A DNA stretch of 64,000 nt, from the NCBI GenBank assembly GCA_050287085.1, contig JBNKBE010000005.1, positions 128,001-192,000 of the forward strand, in the 5' to 3' direction. This stretch comes from Polyangiaceae bacterium. Its GTDB lineage: Bacteria > Myxococcota_A > Polyangia > Polyangiales > Polyangiaceae. The notes beneath the pieces are model-generated. The model had not been told where the DNA came from and did no database searches. It worked only from the letters and a program-made list of their open reading frames with translations. Position numbers and translations under genes: made by a program. Of this stretch, positions 26,615-36,227 are shown in pieces (the stretch's first letter is position 1; every line of letters starts with the position of its first letter).

Positions 26615-27801
26615 GATGAATCCTTTTCACCTGCGTCAGAAGGGCGTTGAAGCGAGGACCCACCGTCATCCCCGTCGACCAAGTGACGTTTGAGGTTGAC
26701 CAGGAAGTCCTGCACATTCGTGACAAACGCCTTCGCTTGGGCCGAGCCGCGATTGGCCAACTTGTCAGCGACAAACTCAGTGGTATCCACGGCCACGAAT
26801 ACGACGGGACGCACGCTTCCGTCGTCTTGTACCCGGTAGCCGGGGATCTGGTTGCCAAACGCAATCGAGTGAAGTTGCGTGGCCATCGCTATCACACAGG
26901 TCGCCCGACGCCCATGTACCCGCATCGCGTCTTGCGCTTCGTACGCATCGGAGAGCACCTCCGGCAACGGTCCGTCGTCGCGAATTGACCCCGCCAATAC
27001 GTAAGGCACGTTCGTCGCCTCCAGCGCCGCCATGATGCCGGGGTCGTCACCAGGCCAGCGCTGCATCAGCTCCGCGATCGATCCGGCTGCGCGTGCGGCA
27101 TTCAGCACCTCCAAGTGATGATAGTGCCCTCCTCTATGGGAGCGTTGGTTGTACACGTCCTGTCCCAATGCCGTGCCAAAGTGCCCCGCCTCCAAGTCAT
27201 GGGTGGCAAGCGCATTGCCCGCCAAGAGAGCATGACAATAGCCGTGCCGAATCAAGGCTCCAAGGCTCTCGCGACTATCCTTGTCGAAAGCGATGGCAGG
27301 CCCCCCTACCCAAACGATGTACCCGTGCTCTCGATCGTGTCTCAGGACATCGTAGAGCCACTCATAGCTGGCTGAGAAGGCGCTCTCGCGGGAGCCGCGC
27401 GTGCGAAAGGCAAACTTGTCCTGATTTTCGTTTTCTGGGCTCTGAGAGGTGAAGCCGTCCACATGCACGAGTAGCCCTTCGCTTCCATCTTCCGAACGAA
27501 CCACAACCACGCTATCGCCCCGCCGCAGGCGACGCGGCTCCACCACCTCCAGACACGCCGACGCCTCGGGCGTTGCTTCCCGAAGGACTATTACGGCGTC
27601 CATGCGACTCTGGGTCAGTAGCGTCCAGGTGCCATTCGGAAGTTTGACGTACTCTGGATGATTCGACGTCGCATGAAAGCCATCGGGGGCAACGCCGTCG
27701 GCGGGACAGGGCGCCATCCGAGCTGGCGGTGCGCACTGCAGCGCGCGGCTGTTGAAGTCGGGGGGACAATACGGCGGCAAATACGGTGGCAAAGACGACA
27801 T
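26611..27801 (-). CDS. TIGR00300 / LOR-SDH-related protein, probable ArgZ/AgrE-type ornithine cyclodeaminase
   Basis: APDGFHATSNHP, RMD, GNALATHDLE...GTALG, LAGSIRDDGPLP, LHSIAFGN, KLANRGS; ATGA overlap with arginase. Start moved to ATG at 27801. Confidence 0.8.
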   Translation of the reverse strand: MSSLPPYLPPYCPPDFNSRALQCAPPARMAPCPADGVAPDGFHATSNHPEYVKLPNGTWTLLTQSRMDAVIVLREATPEASACLEVVEPRRLRRGDSVVVVRSEDGSEGLLVHVDGFTSQSPENENQDKFAFRTRGSRESAFSASYEWLYDVLRHDREHGYIVWVGGPAIAFDKDSRESLGALIRHGYCHALLAGNALATHDLEAGHFGTALGQDVYNQRSHRGGHYHHLEVLNAARAAGSIAELMQRWPGDDPGIMAALEATNVPYVLAGSIRDDGPLPEVLSDAYEAQDAMRVHGRRATCVIAMATQLHSIAFGNQIPGYRVQDDGSVRPVVFVAVDTTEFVADKLANRGSAQAKAFVTNVQDFLVNLKRHLVDGDDGGSSLQRPSDAGEKDSS

Positions 27802-28025
27802 GAGGATAGGAAAGCGGCGCTGGAGTCTCGTAACTTTCAAGCGTAGCACGCCCACCGGACTCGTCCCGAACCCCCAGAACACGGTTGCCCCCCGACGCCT
27901 CCCTTCCGCTATAATCTCCAACGGGCCAATAGCCTATGGTATCCCACACCCACCATCTACAGAGCCCAATAGCACGACTGATGGTTATCCTTCTTCCGCC
28001 GGCCGCGGCCGGGTTGCTTGCTCCA

Positions 28026-28970
28026 ATGCATGTTCGAAATCCGATATTCTTGCTCGCGTTAGGTCTGCTCAGCGCCTGCTCGCAGTCCACCTCAAAGGAC
28101 CCAAAAGACGAGCGCGACGACGCCGGCGAGTCTCCAGCGCCCGCCTTCACCGACGCCGGTCAGGGGTTATTTCCCTTCGCGGGCACAGGCCTGTTGGCGC
28201 AAGGTGGGGAACTGAAACCGGGGACTCGAACCCCTCGAAAGCCACCTCCTCCTTTGGATGCGGGAGACAATGATGCCAGCGCCGGCGGGGCCCAAAGCTC
28301 GCCCGACGCAAGCGTCTCCGATGCAGGAGGAGTCCCTGCGCCTCCTGACGCCACGCCTCCCGAGGATGCTGCAGCCCCTCTGACCCCCTGCGAATCCGAG
28401 TGCGGCGCTGCCGGAGGATCGTGCGTGGACGATGCTTGCGTGTTCAACTGCAGCGACAGCGATAGCTGCGCGAGCGGAGTAAGATGCCCCGAGGGGCGCG
28501 ACTGTTTTGTCAGCTGCGGCGACGGAAGCTGCACCGGCGATGTTAGATGTGCGGCCAAACAAGCGTGTGAGGTGGATTGTTGGGGGGAAGACTCCTGTAG
28601 CGCCAACCTTCACTGCAACACCGCTGATCGTTGCGAACTCACCTGCCTAGGGAACGGCTCCTGCTCGGGTAGGGTGAGCATGACCGGCAGCAACGCGACC
28701 CTCGCGTGCCAAGGAAGCGGCAGCTGTAGCGCCGAGCTCGCGTGCTCCGCGGGATATTGTGGGCTCGAGTGCGGCGGCGCGCAGAGCTGCGCGCAGGGCA
28801 TCTCCACCAGCGGCGACGCGGTCGACGTTCGTTGCGCGGGAGCAGACTCCTGCGGTGGCGACATCAACTGCAGCGCGCGCCTCTGCGACGTCCAATGCGA
28901 AGGGGACAACAGCTGCGCAGGCGGTATCTTCTGCCACGCAAGTGAGTCGCTCAACGATTGCTCGCGCTGA
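28026..28970 (+). CDS. Cys-rich lipoprotein with CxGxxSC repeats
   Basis: Lipobox LSAC; DAG-rich linker; eight ~21-aa Cys repeats. Confidence 0.75.
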   Translation: MHVRNPIFLLALGLLSACSQSTSKDPKDERDDAGESPAPAFTDAGQGLFPFAGTGLLAQGGELKPGTRTPRKPPPPLDAGDNDASAGGAQSSPDASVSDAGGVPAPPDATPPEDAAAPLTPCESECGAAGGSCVDDACVFNCSDSDSCASGVRCPEGRDCFVSCGDGSCTGDVRCAAKQACEVDCWGEDSCSANLHCNTADRCELTCLGNGSCSGRVSMTGSNATLACQGSGSCSAELACSAGYCGLECGGAQSCAQGISTSGDAVDVRCAGADSCGGDINCSARLCDVQCEGDNSCAGGIFCHASESLNDCSR

Positions 28971-29118
28971 CCGCGCTGAAGCCGACCAGAGCGTGCTCCG
29001 CGACGCCCCAGAGACGCGCACCTAGCTCCAAAACGAGAGCGCCGCACCCAGCCGCACTAGCGACTGGGCGTCGCCTGTTCCCAAAAACCAGAGGCGCAGC
29101 CCTTTGAGCGTCGGCGCG

Positions 29119-29136
29119 GAGGCACTTGCGTGCCTC
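29119..29136 (-). terminator. Hairpin immediately after the DUF1552 gene stop (possible terminator or stabiliser)
   Basis: GAGGCAC-ttgc-GTGCCTC, giving a GCAA loop on the minus strand; no clear U-tract. Confidence 0.35.
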
Positions 29137-29139
29137 AAC

Positions 29140-30711
29140 TCAGGTCAAGACGGATAGCCCGCCATCGGTAAACGCAGCGTCCGGCCCAGCACCATAGCTA
29201 TTGATATCCACGCCAAACGCCTGCGCAATAGACACCAGAAGGTGATTGCTAGCACTGCCCCCATATTCGGAACCCCGTGCTTGGCAGGAATCATTGGGCA
29301 ATTCGCAAATTGGATCGAGCCTCACGCGGCGTCCAAATCTGAACGGCACGTTCGCTCCCCCCGCAAGAACCATCGGCACGTTCGTCGACGAGTGGCCGCT
29401 CGGGTTTCCCATCTCGCTAGTAACCATTACCAACGTGTTGTCGAGCGCGCCGAGACCATCCAACTGCTGCAGTAGACGCGCCACCTTCTGGTAAACATAC
29501 TTATTGTACTTTGCCAGAGGCAGCCAGCTCGTTTCATCGCCCGTACTCGCCAACTCGTTTGCCCAATCGATGTATCGGGTCGTGTAGTGGTGAGCCACTA
29601 GGTTGTGGAAATCTGACGGCAAGCCCAATCCCAGAGAGTCAGTCTCAGCGTTGTTCGCGACATCCCAGGGCAGATCGTTCATGACCATGGTGCCGAAGCG
29701 GGTGATGTCACAGGCACACGCCTGCGCCATCAGATCAATGAAGAAGTTAGTGACTCGATCGAAGGTTGGTTCGCCACCGTTGTAGCGCATCAGCCGCCCC
29801 AGCTCGTCCGGGTACTCACCCTCCGCAGGTCGCTGCGGAACCATACACCCGCCCCCACTACCATCTCCGCTGAACGACTTCTCCAGATCTCGAATCGACG
29901 CGAGATGCTGGTCCAACTTCTGCTGTTCAGCTGGCGCCAGTCGGGTATAAAGCCGGTTGCAGTCTTCCCGTACGGCGTCGATCACGCTTTGACCCAGCGC
30001 GTTACGTCGCAACAGCTCAGCTTTGCCCGCGGCATCGTCCGGCGCCACAAAGCCACCAAAACAATAGTCGAACGCCTCGTAGGGCGAGATGATCTTGCTC
30101 AATCCAACGCCACCAGCGCCGTAGGAAACGGAGATACCTGGATGCGGGTTCGGATCGCCCACGCACAACACGAGGTTGCTCTTCTTGGTGTCAGCCCCCA
30201 ATCCCATGTCAACCGACAGGAACTGATCCAACGAGGCATTTTGAGGCTGATTGCCGTTGAGCGCAGTGCCGGTCAGAATGCTCGACGTCGCATCATGCCC
30301 GTCCATCGGCAGGTCGATGCCCTCGAGAGTCAACAGCCTGTCCTTGAAACTCTTGCCGTAGGTGGCCGGGTCGTCGAACGGCTGCAACGAGCAGTTCGGA
30401 TAGGTGATATCGAAGTCGGTCTCGGTGTCAGTGCCTCGCCTGGACAAGCCATCCACCAGAATGTCTGGTGTGGTGGGCGTTCGCATCGAGAAGTACTCAT
30501 AGCAGACGCCATGCGGCGCTGATATCACGAGCAGCTTGAGCGGCAATGACTCCCCTGCCGCCTGCGCGACGGAGTCTTCCAGCAACCTGTAGAAGGGCAA
30601 CGCCGTGGCGCCCACCCCGACCGCCCGCAAGAATGAACGCCGCGTGGCGCTGCGGCTCGCAGTGCGCGGCTTGGCCTGAACATGGGGGCGGTTTCGTGCA
30701 TCGCGATTCAC
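29140..30711 (-). CDS. DUF1552 domain protein with twin-arginine signal
   Basis: TRRSFLRAVG Tat motif; SLDQ, KLDQHL.SIRDLE, A.ACD.TR, LDNTLV..SEMG...H, P.VLAGG, NHLLVSIAQAFG. Confidence 0.88.
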   Translation of the reverse strand: MNRDARNRPHVQAKPRTASRSATRRSFLRAVGVGATALPFYRLLEDSVAQAAGESLPLKLLVISAPHGVCYEYFSMRTPTTPDILVDGLSRRGTDTETDFDITYPNCSLQPFDDPATYGKSFKDRLLTLEGIDLPMDGHDATSSILTGTALNGNQPQNASLDQFLSVDMGLGADTKKSNLVLCVGDPNPHPGISVSYGAGGVGLSKIISPYEAFDYCFGGFVAPDDAAGKAELLRRNALGQSVIDAVREDCNRLYTRLAPAEQQKLDQHLASIRDLEKSFSGDGSGGGCMVPQRPAEGEYPDELGRLMRYNGGEPTFDRVTNFFIDLMAQACACDITRFGTMVMNDLPWDVANNAETDSLGLGLPSDFHNLVAHHYTTRYIDWANELASTGDETSWLPLAKYNKYVYQKVARLLQQLDGLGALDNTLVMVTSEMGNPSGHSSTNVPMVLAGGANVPFRFGRRVRLDPICELPNDSCQARGSEYGGSASNHLLVSIAQAFGVDINSYGAGPDAAFTDGGLSVLT

Positions 30712-32501
30712 TGCGGGCTCCTCTGAGTGAAGTTCGGGCTCTTGACGTAAGCAATCAGGACGTCCGCTAGACGGTCCTGCTGCTCGGACGGGAGCTGTTT
30801 CCAGGTATCAACGAATTCTTCTTCAGCCTTCGCCACTCGTCCATTGCTACGTGCCGCCGTGCTGCGGAATATCTGACGTGCGAGACAAGCCTTCACCAGG
30901 TCGCTCTTTGCAAATGCTGTAAAGAGCTCCATGCTGTCAGCATACTCGCCGTCGATGGCTTCGCCCGTCTTCAGCGTTGTGCTGGTATCTATCGGATGCT
31001 CGTTTTCTGTGGCGCGCATCCGGCCTATGCCGTCGAAGTTCTCAAGGGCAAAGCCAAGGGCGTCGATCGTAGAATGGCAACCCGCGCAGCCCGGATCAGT
31101 CGCATGGACGCTGAAGCGCTCACGCGTAGTTTTTGACGGATCCGCAGGTGGCAGAGTCACAACCAACCCAAGTGCCCCCGGATCGGGCGTCTCCAGGCAT
31201 GTCAGCCTGCGCATGACGGCAACACCACGGTACACAGGATGACTCCCGTTATTGCTGGCAAACACCGAGAGGAAAGCGCCTTGATTCAGAATTCCGCGCC
31301 GTTCCACGCTGGCTAGCGAGGTGTGCTGTCCTTCGCCTCCCCAAGGAACTCCGTAGAAACTCGCAAGCCGCTCACTGACGATCGTCCAGTCTGCGGTGAG
31401 CAGCTCGCTGAGGGTTCCAGTGGAACGATGCAGCACCTCATCGATGAAGGCGTAGCTCTCGTCCTCCATCGCCTTGCTTACGTCCGGAAACTCGGGATAT
31501 AGGCCCGCTGCTTTTTCCCTCCGCGCAACGCTTTCGATCCCTAGCCACTCGCGCACAACTCGGACCGAGCGAGCATGCCCCGCAGGCGAATCCAAGAGCC
31601 GCTTGGCCGCAGCCTCTCGGCCTTCCGGGGTGGCCAGGTCACCTGCGCTTGCCTGACTCATTAGCTCCGCGTCGGGGGGCGCCCCGGTCAGCAGGTACGC
31701 AAGCTGGGTCGCGATCTCTTCAGGTGTCAGAGCAATGGTTCCGGTGGCAGGCCCATCCCCCAACTCGGTCAGATACAAGAATGCAGGCGTCTGCAGAATG
31801 ACCCGGGTGACCAGATCGATGCCGTCGTCATAGCTGTAGCCGTCCGCCGCCACGTGATAGGCCGACGACGCACTCGTGACCAGGAACTCGAGCTCTGCAT
31901 CCGTAGGGGCTCGGCGGAAAGCCCTAGCTCCAAAGCTCTGCAGAAAATCCAGGGCGCACTGTTCACCGGCGCCCGTAGGATCGGCGCAAGGCGCAAGCTC
32001 AGCGAGCTTGCCATTGGCACGCGCCTCAGCCACCAGCCCCTGAGCGGCAGCGTCCAACTTGCCCACCAGCAGCGGATCGACGCGCTGGGCGTCGTTCACC
32101 GTGAAGGCGGGCCCCGCTGGAGCGTTGGAAGGTCCCTGCCGAGCGTCAGGAGGGAACGCATAGTCGACGCTGGGCATTGTCGTCGTACCGAGCAAGGTCT
32201 GTACGGAAGCGTCGTACTCGGCGTTGGTCATACGGCGAATACGGGCGGGCAGAAGTGGATCGTCACTCTGCGCGACTTCGTCATCCGGACCTGCCCCCGC
32301 CCCCCCGCCACCAACGCCGTCCGGGGTGCCTGCACTGCCGCCTGACGTCGAGGCGCCGGCGCTGGTCACATCTTCGCGTGCCCCCGCCGAAGATGATTTG
32401 TCGGGCTCATCGGACGTCAAACGCCCGCGAGCAGAACAAGCGGCTGAAGCGATCGCCATGACCAACGCGCAGCCGAGCGGAAAATGGTGAAGCGTTTTCA
32501 A
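30708..32501 (-). CDS. DUF1592/DUF1588/DUF1595-family lipoprotein with c-type heme motif
   Basis: IRRMTNAEY, FGARAFRR, P.FLY..E, RRGIL.Q.AFL, HPVYRG, CAGCH..ID.LGF.LENFD.IGR; ATGA overlap with the DUF1552 gene. Confidence 0.88.
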   Translation of the reverse strand: MKTLHHFPLGCALVMAIASAACSARGRLTSDEPDKSSSAGAREDVTSAGASTSGGSAGTPDGVGGGGAGAGPDDEVAQSDDPLLPARIRRMTNAEYDASVQTLLGTTTMPSVDYAFPPDARQGPSNAPAGPAFTVNDAQRVDPLLVGKLDAAAQGLVAEARANGKLAELAPCADPTGAGEQCALDFLQSFGARAFRRAPTDAELEFLVTSASSAYHVAADGYSYDDGIDLVTRVILQTPAFLYLTELGDGPATGTIALTPEEIATQLAYLLTGAPPDAELMSQASAGDLATPEGREAAAKRLLDSPAGHARSVRVVREWLGIESVARREKAAGLYPEFPDVSKAMEDESYAFIDEVLHRSTGTLSELLTADWTIVSERLASFYGVPWGGEGQHTSLASVERRGILNQGAFLSVFASNNGSHPVYRGVAVMRRLTCLETPDPGALGLVVTLPPADPSKTTRERFSVHATDPGCAGCHSTIDALGFALENFDGIGRMRATENEHPIDTSTTLKTGEAIDGEYADSMELFTAFAKSDLVKACLARQIFRSTAARSNGRVAKAEEEFVDTWKQLPSEQQDRLADVLIAYVKSPNFTQRSPQ

Positions 32502-32941
32502 GCAGTCCGACTATAGCCCGCGGCCCTCCCCCCAGCAATCGGCACTCGAGCTGCGCGACGCCACAATCGGAAAAACGTCCAGCTGCGACCCACTGTGACG
32601 CGCTTGGTAGGCACGGAAGAGGTCTACGACGACGACCATCTACGGAATTTTCTATGCCCTGGAATACCAGCGCGTTCGCCTCATCACACAAGATCGCAGC
32701 CCGCGGATCGCCGTCCAAAGCGCGGAGCGCCAGTCTACGCGCGCGCTCGAAACGGCCCCAGCCGAATGCGGAGACTACACGCCCAAAGCCGGGCTTTCGT
32801 GGCAGGCTGCGCCCCAGAAAGCGCCCCGACCATCACGCCAAAGCTTGAGTCCAGGAACCGTACGCGCGCCCGTGCCCAGGCTCGAGTGCATACGACACGG
32901 CGCGATCGCGCGCGTCGCCTCTCACGTTGGCGCCAACTCCA

Positions 32942-35329
32942 CTACATTGCAGGACCCACTTCGATCCGCTTGCACCCTACATCGCATTGATCAGCGTTGG
33001 AGCTGTTGCCGTCGTCGCACTCCTCTTCGCCGTTGACGATTCCATCCCCGCAGCGTGGTCCAATCGTGCAATCAGCGTTGCAACCGTCGTAGCTGCCGTC
33101 GTTGTCGTCGCCATCGTCGCACTGTTCGCCGAATGCGCCGTCGATCTCCCCATCTCCACATTTTGCGGGAAACACGCAGCCCGGAGCGCAGCTATCCGGC
33201 TCTTCTTCCGAGATATAGCCGCTCAGGTTGACGCCGTTGTCGCATTGCTCGTCGCCGTTGACCTCGCCGTCACCACAGCGCTCGCCCGGGGTACACTCCG
33301 CCGTACAGAATCCATACCCGCTCCCGTTGTCTTCACCGTCGTCACACAGCTCGTCTCCGGCCACGATGCCGTCCCCGCACAAGGTCTCACATGTGGTTTC
33401 TGCGCTGACAAAACCCCCGATAGTGAGCTTGAAGTTGGACTCGACGATGTGACGCTCAGCGTGAAAAAGGGCAATCTCGTAGATACGTCCCACCTCGAGT
33501 CCTAGCTCTGACGCCAGTGCATCGTCCAAGGTCACGCTGTCCACCTCACGAGGATGCACGCCCCCGAGATCCACCACCAAGCGACCGCCGATGAACACCC
33601 AGACATCGTCGTCCCCTGAGAACTCCAAGAACTCACCGCCACGGAACTCAAACCAATAGCGGAGTTCGGTAGTGAACCCGAAGTTGTGACCGTTATATGT
33701 CGTGTCGCCGACGGGATTCGACACCACCCAGCCGCTATCGTCGAGGGGGAAGAAACCGGCGCCACTGTCGAATATGTAGGTGTCGTCCCCTTGACGCCCA
33801 AATGTTATCTTGTCGCGCACTTGGAGAGTGACACCGTCGGTATCGCGGTACCACTGATCGAAGTCTGCCCGGCTCGTCATTTGTGCCCCGTAGGGGCAGG
33901 TGGCCTGGGTGAAGTTGCTACCGGCTTGGCACGCGCCGGTGTACACCGGTTTGCCATCGTCGCCGAGCAGATCCGCCACCAGCCCCGGCGTCACATGAGG
34001 GGTAATACCGTTCTGCACGTAGGCTTCGAAGTCCGGGTGCCGGCGGGTGCCTCCGCCCTGCGGCGCGGCATGGACGAAATCTCGGTACAGCACCTGCAAC
34101 TCGAGTTCCTCGGGCAGCTCCCCGACGATCAGGTCACACGACCACCCCGGTTCTTGTCGGCACATCTCATCACAGCCGTCGCCCGCGATATTGTTGCCGT
34201 CGTCGCACTCTTCGTTGTCGCCAGCTAAGACCAGCCCATCACCGCAGCGGGAAGAACACGTCCCGCCTTCGTATTTGGCGTCGGTCATGATGGGTCCCGC
34301 ATCGGCGGTGGGATCGTGGGTCACCTCGCGAGGCGGGATGCAAAGCGGTTCGAGCACACAGCCTGGGCTGCAACCATCACCCACATGGATGTCGTCGCCG
34401 TCGTCACAAGGCTCGTCGCCCTCCGCTTTGCCGTCACCACACACGGTTTCGCGACACTCCTCGCCGGGCGCATCGCAGACCCATCCGCTCTCACGACGGC
34501 ATGTTCCGCTACAGCCGTCACCCGAATCCAGGTTCCCGTCGTCACACGTCTCGCGCCCAACAATCATCCCGTCGCCGCAATCCGGCTGACAAGTCTGCCC
34601 AGCGTTCTGACACACCCACCCAGCTTCCGTCTCGCAACTATCGCTACAGCCGTCGCCCACGTCGGTATTGCCGTCGTCGCAGGTTTCAGCGCCAGAAACT
34701 CGACCGTCACCACACTCAACGGTGCTGATGCATAGTTCCCCAGGTTTGGGACAGGCGTAGTCGGCCTCGCGTTGACAACTCGACGAGCAGCCATCACCGG
34801 ACGTGGTGTTGCCGTCGTCGCAGGTCTCATCGTCTGTTCGCCGCCCGTCGCCGCAGACTTTCGCACGAACGCATAGAGCGCCAACGACCTCACACAGAAA
34901 GCCGTCCTCCCGTGTGACACAATCAGCCGAACAACCGTCTCCCCCGACGTCGTTGCCGTCGTCACAGACCTCCTCTGCCCCGAGCTTGCCGTCCCCACAC
35001 ACCTCCTTGGGCCCCGGATCTTCGACCATGGTGTCGTCGTCGTCCGGATCGCCTACTTTCCCGCCACCGGAGCCGCCATCCGGCGCCATCGGAGCGTTCC
35101 CACCAGCCCCCGCGGTGTCAGGGGTGTCGCCAGGATCGCTGTCGATCACGACGCCGTCCTGGCAAGCGCTGAGCCCAACCAGGAGCATTAGGGCGGACAC
35201 AGTGCAGACTGCAGTCCGGCGGGCCGAGCCTGCAGCAAGCAGAGCATGGCACTGCGTTCCGTCTTCGCCTGGGGCTCGGATTGGTTCTTGCGGAGTTGCG
35301 ACAGACTGGAGGGAGGCGTTTTCGGACAT
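32942..35329 (-). CDS. Lipoprotein with myxococcal Cys-rich repeats and a fibro-slime (PA14-like) domain
   Basis: LSAC lipobox; YRDF..HPDFE, FDQWYRD, FFPLD, HNFGFTTE, F.GDDDVWVFI, DLGGVH, FHAERH; CDDGN repeats on both sides. Confidence 0.88.
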   Translation of the reverse strand: MSENASLQSVATPQEPIRAPGEDGTQCHALLAAGSARRTAVCTVSALMLLVGLSACQDGVVIDSDPGDTPDTAGAGGNAPMAPDGGSGGGKVGDPDDDDTMVEDPGPKEVCGDGKLGAEEVCDDGNDVGGDGCSADCVTREDGFLCEVVGALCVRAKVCGDGRRTDDETCDDGNTTSGDGCSSSCQREADYACPKPGELCISTVECGDGRVSGAETCDDGNTDVGDGCSDSCETEAGWVCQNAGQTCQPDCGDGMIVGRETCDDGNLDSGDGCSGTCRRESGWVCDAPGEECRETVCGDGKAEGDEPCDDGDDIHVGDGCSPGCVLEPLCIPPREVTHDPTADAGPIMTDAKYEGGTCSSRCGDGLVLAGDNEECDDGNNIAGDGCDEMCRQEPGWSCDLIVGELPEELELQVLYRDFVHAAPQGGGTRRHPDFEAYVQNGITPHVTPGLVADLLGDDGKPVYTGACQAGSNFTQATCPYGAQMTSRADFDQWYRDTDGVTLQVRDKITFGRQGDDTYIFDSGAGFFPLDDSGWVVSNPVGDTTYNGHNFGFTTELRYWFEFRGGEFLEFSGDDDVWVFIGGRLVVDLGGVHPREVDSVTLDDALASELGLEVGRIYEIALFHAERHIVESNFKLTIGGFVSAETTCETLCGDGIVAGDELCDDGEDNGSGYGFCTAECTPGERCGDGEVNGDEQCDNGVNLSGYISEEEPDSCAPGCVFPAKCGDGEIDGAFGEQCDDGDDNDGSYDGCNADCTIGPRCGDGIVNGEEECDDGNSSNADQCDVGCKRIEVGPAM

Positions 35330-35600
35330 TCGACATCTCAATGTGCCGCATCCTGAAGATGCGGTTGAAGCCTTTTTCGCAGGTGGCCCACTGAAACGCA
35401 GCGAGAATGTCTAGTGAAACGAAGGAACCACTCCGGGCCGGAAGGAACTTCAAGTACAGCCGAAACGTGCTGCCTTCATGAACCTATTGGACGCGCCGCG
35501 GAGCGCAGCGCAGGCGAAAAGCACCTTTCGCACCCGCGGACAGAAGGATTGCAACTGCCCGCAGGCGAAGTGGGCGCGTAGGGCGAAGCGCTATCGCTAG

Positions 35601-35834
35601 CTACTTTGAGCCCGAACCGCCGTCTTCAAAGTAGTCCGACCCGAATAGCTCGGGGTCGAGGGCCTGGGGCCCGGGCACGATACCCGCAATGTCGGGATCT
35701 TCTTCCGCCTCCGTGGAACTGTCCCGAGTCAGGCGCTCCGCCTTCCGGGCTTCGCGCCGATCGGCCTTGTCCCGCTTGCGCTCCGCACGGTCTTTTTCTC
35801 TGCTTCTCTTGGCAATGGATGGTCTAGCTCTCAA
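35601..35834 (-). CDS. Small basic/acidic hypothetical protein
   Basis: K/R/E-rich helix followed by EDPDIAGIVPGPQ; sits 15 nt downstream of the RRM gene on the same strand. Confidence 0.6.
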   Translation of the reverse strand: MRARPSIAKRSREKDRAERKRDKADRREARKAERLTRDSSTEAEEDPDIAGIVPGPQALDPELFGSDYFEDGGSGSK

Positions 35835-35849
35835 GTGACGTCCTTTCGC

Positions 35850-36227
35850 TTACCAACGCTCGCTGCGATCCCCGCGCCGACTCTTACCCTTCTTACGGCC
35901 CCCGCCGGAACCGCGTCCGCCGAAATCGTCCCGGCCACCAAACCCTCCCCCGCCTTCCGGCGCCCGCGGCGCGCGAGGCGGACGCTCCGTAGCTTCGTTG
36001 ACGCGTACGGTGCGTCCGTCCAACTCCTGGCCATCGAGGGCCGCCATCGCGGCGGTCGCGGCCGCGCGATCACTGAATGTCACGAACCCAAATCCGCGGG
36101 AACGCCCGGTGTCTCGGTCAGAGATGACAACGGCGTCTTCAATCTGCCCAAAGCTCTCGAAGCCCTTGCGTAGACCGTCGGTATCCGTATTGAAGTTGAG
36201 TCCCCCGACGAATAGCTTCATCGACAT
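35850..36227 (-). CDS. RRM-domain RNA-binding protein with Gly/Arg-rich tail
   Basis: RNP2 KLFVGGL, RNP1 [21 protein letters not shown]-like CAGGAG upstream of ATG 36227. Confidence 0.92.
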   Translation of the reverse strand: MSMKLFVGGLNFNTDTDGLRKGFESFGQIEDAVVISDRDTGRSRGFGFVTFSDRAAATAAMAALDGQELDGRTVRVNEATERPPRAPRAPEGGGGFGGRDDFGGRGSGGGRKKGKSRRGDRSERW

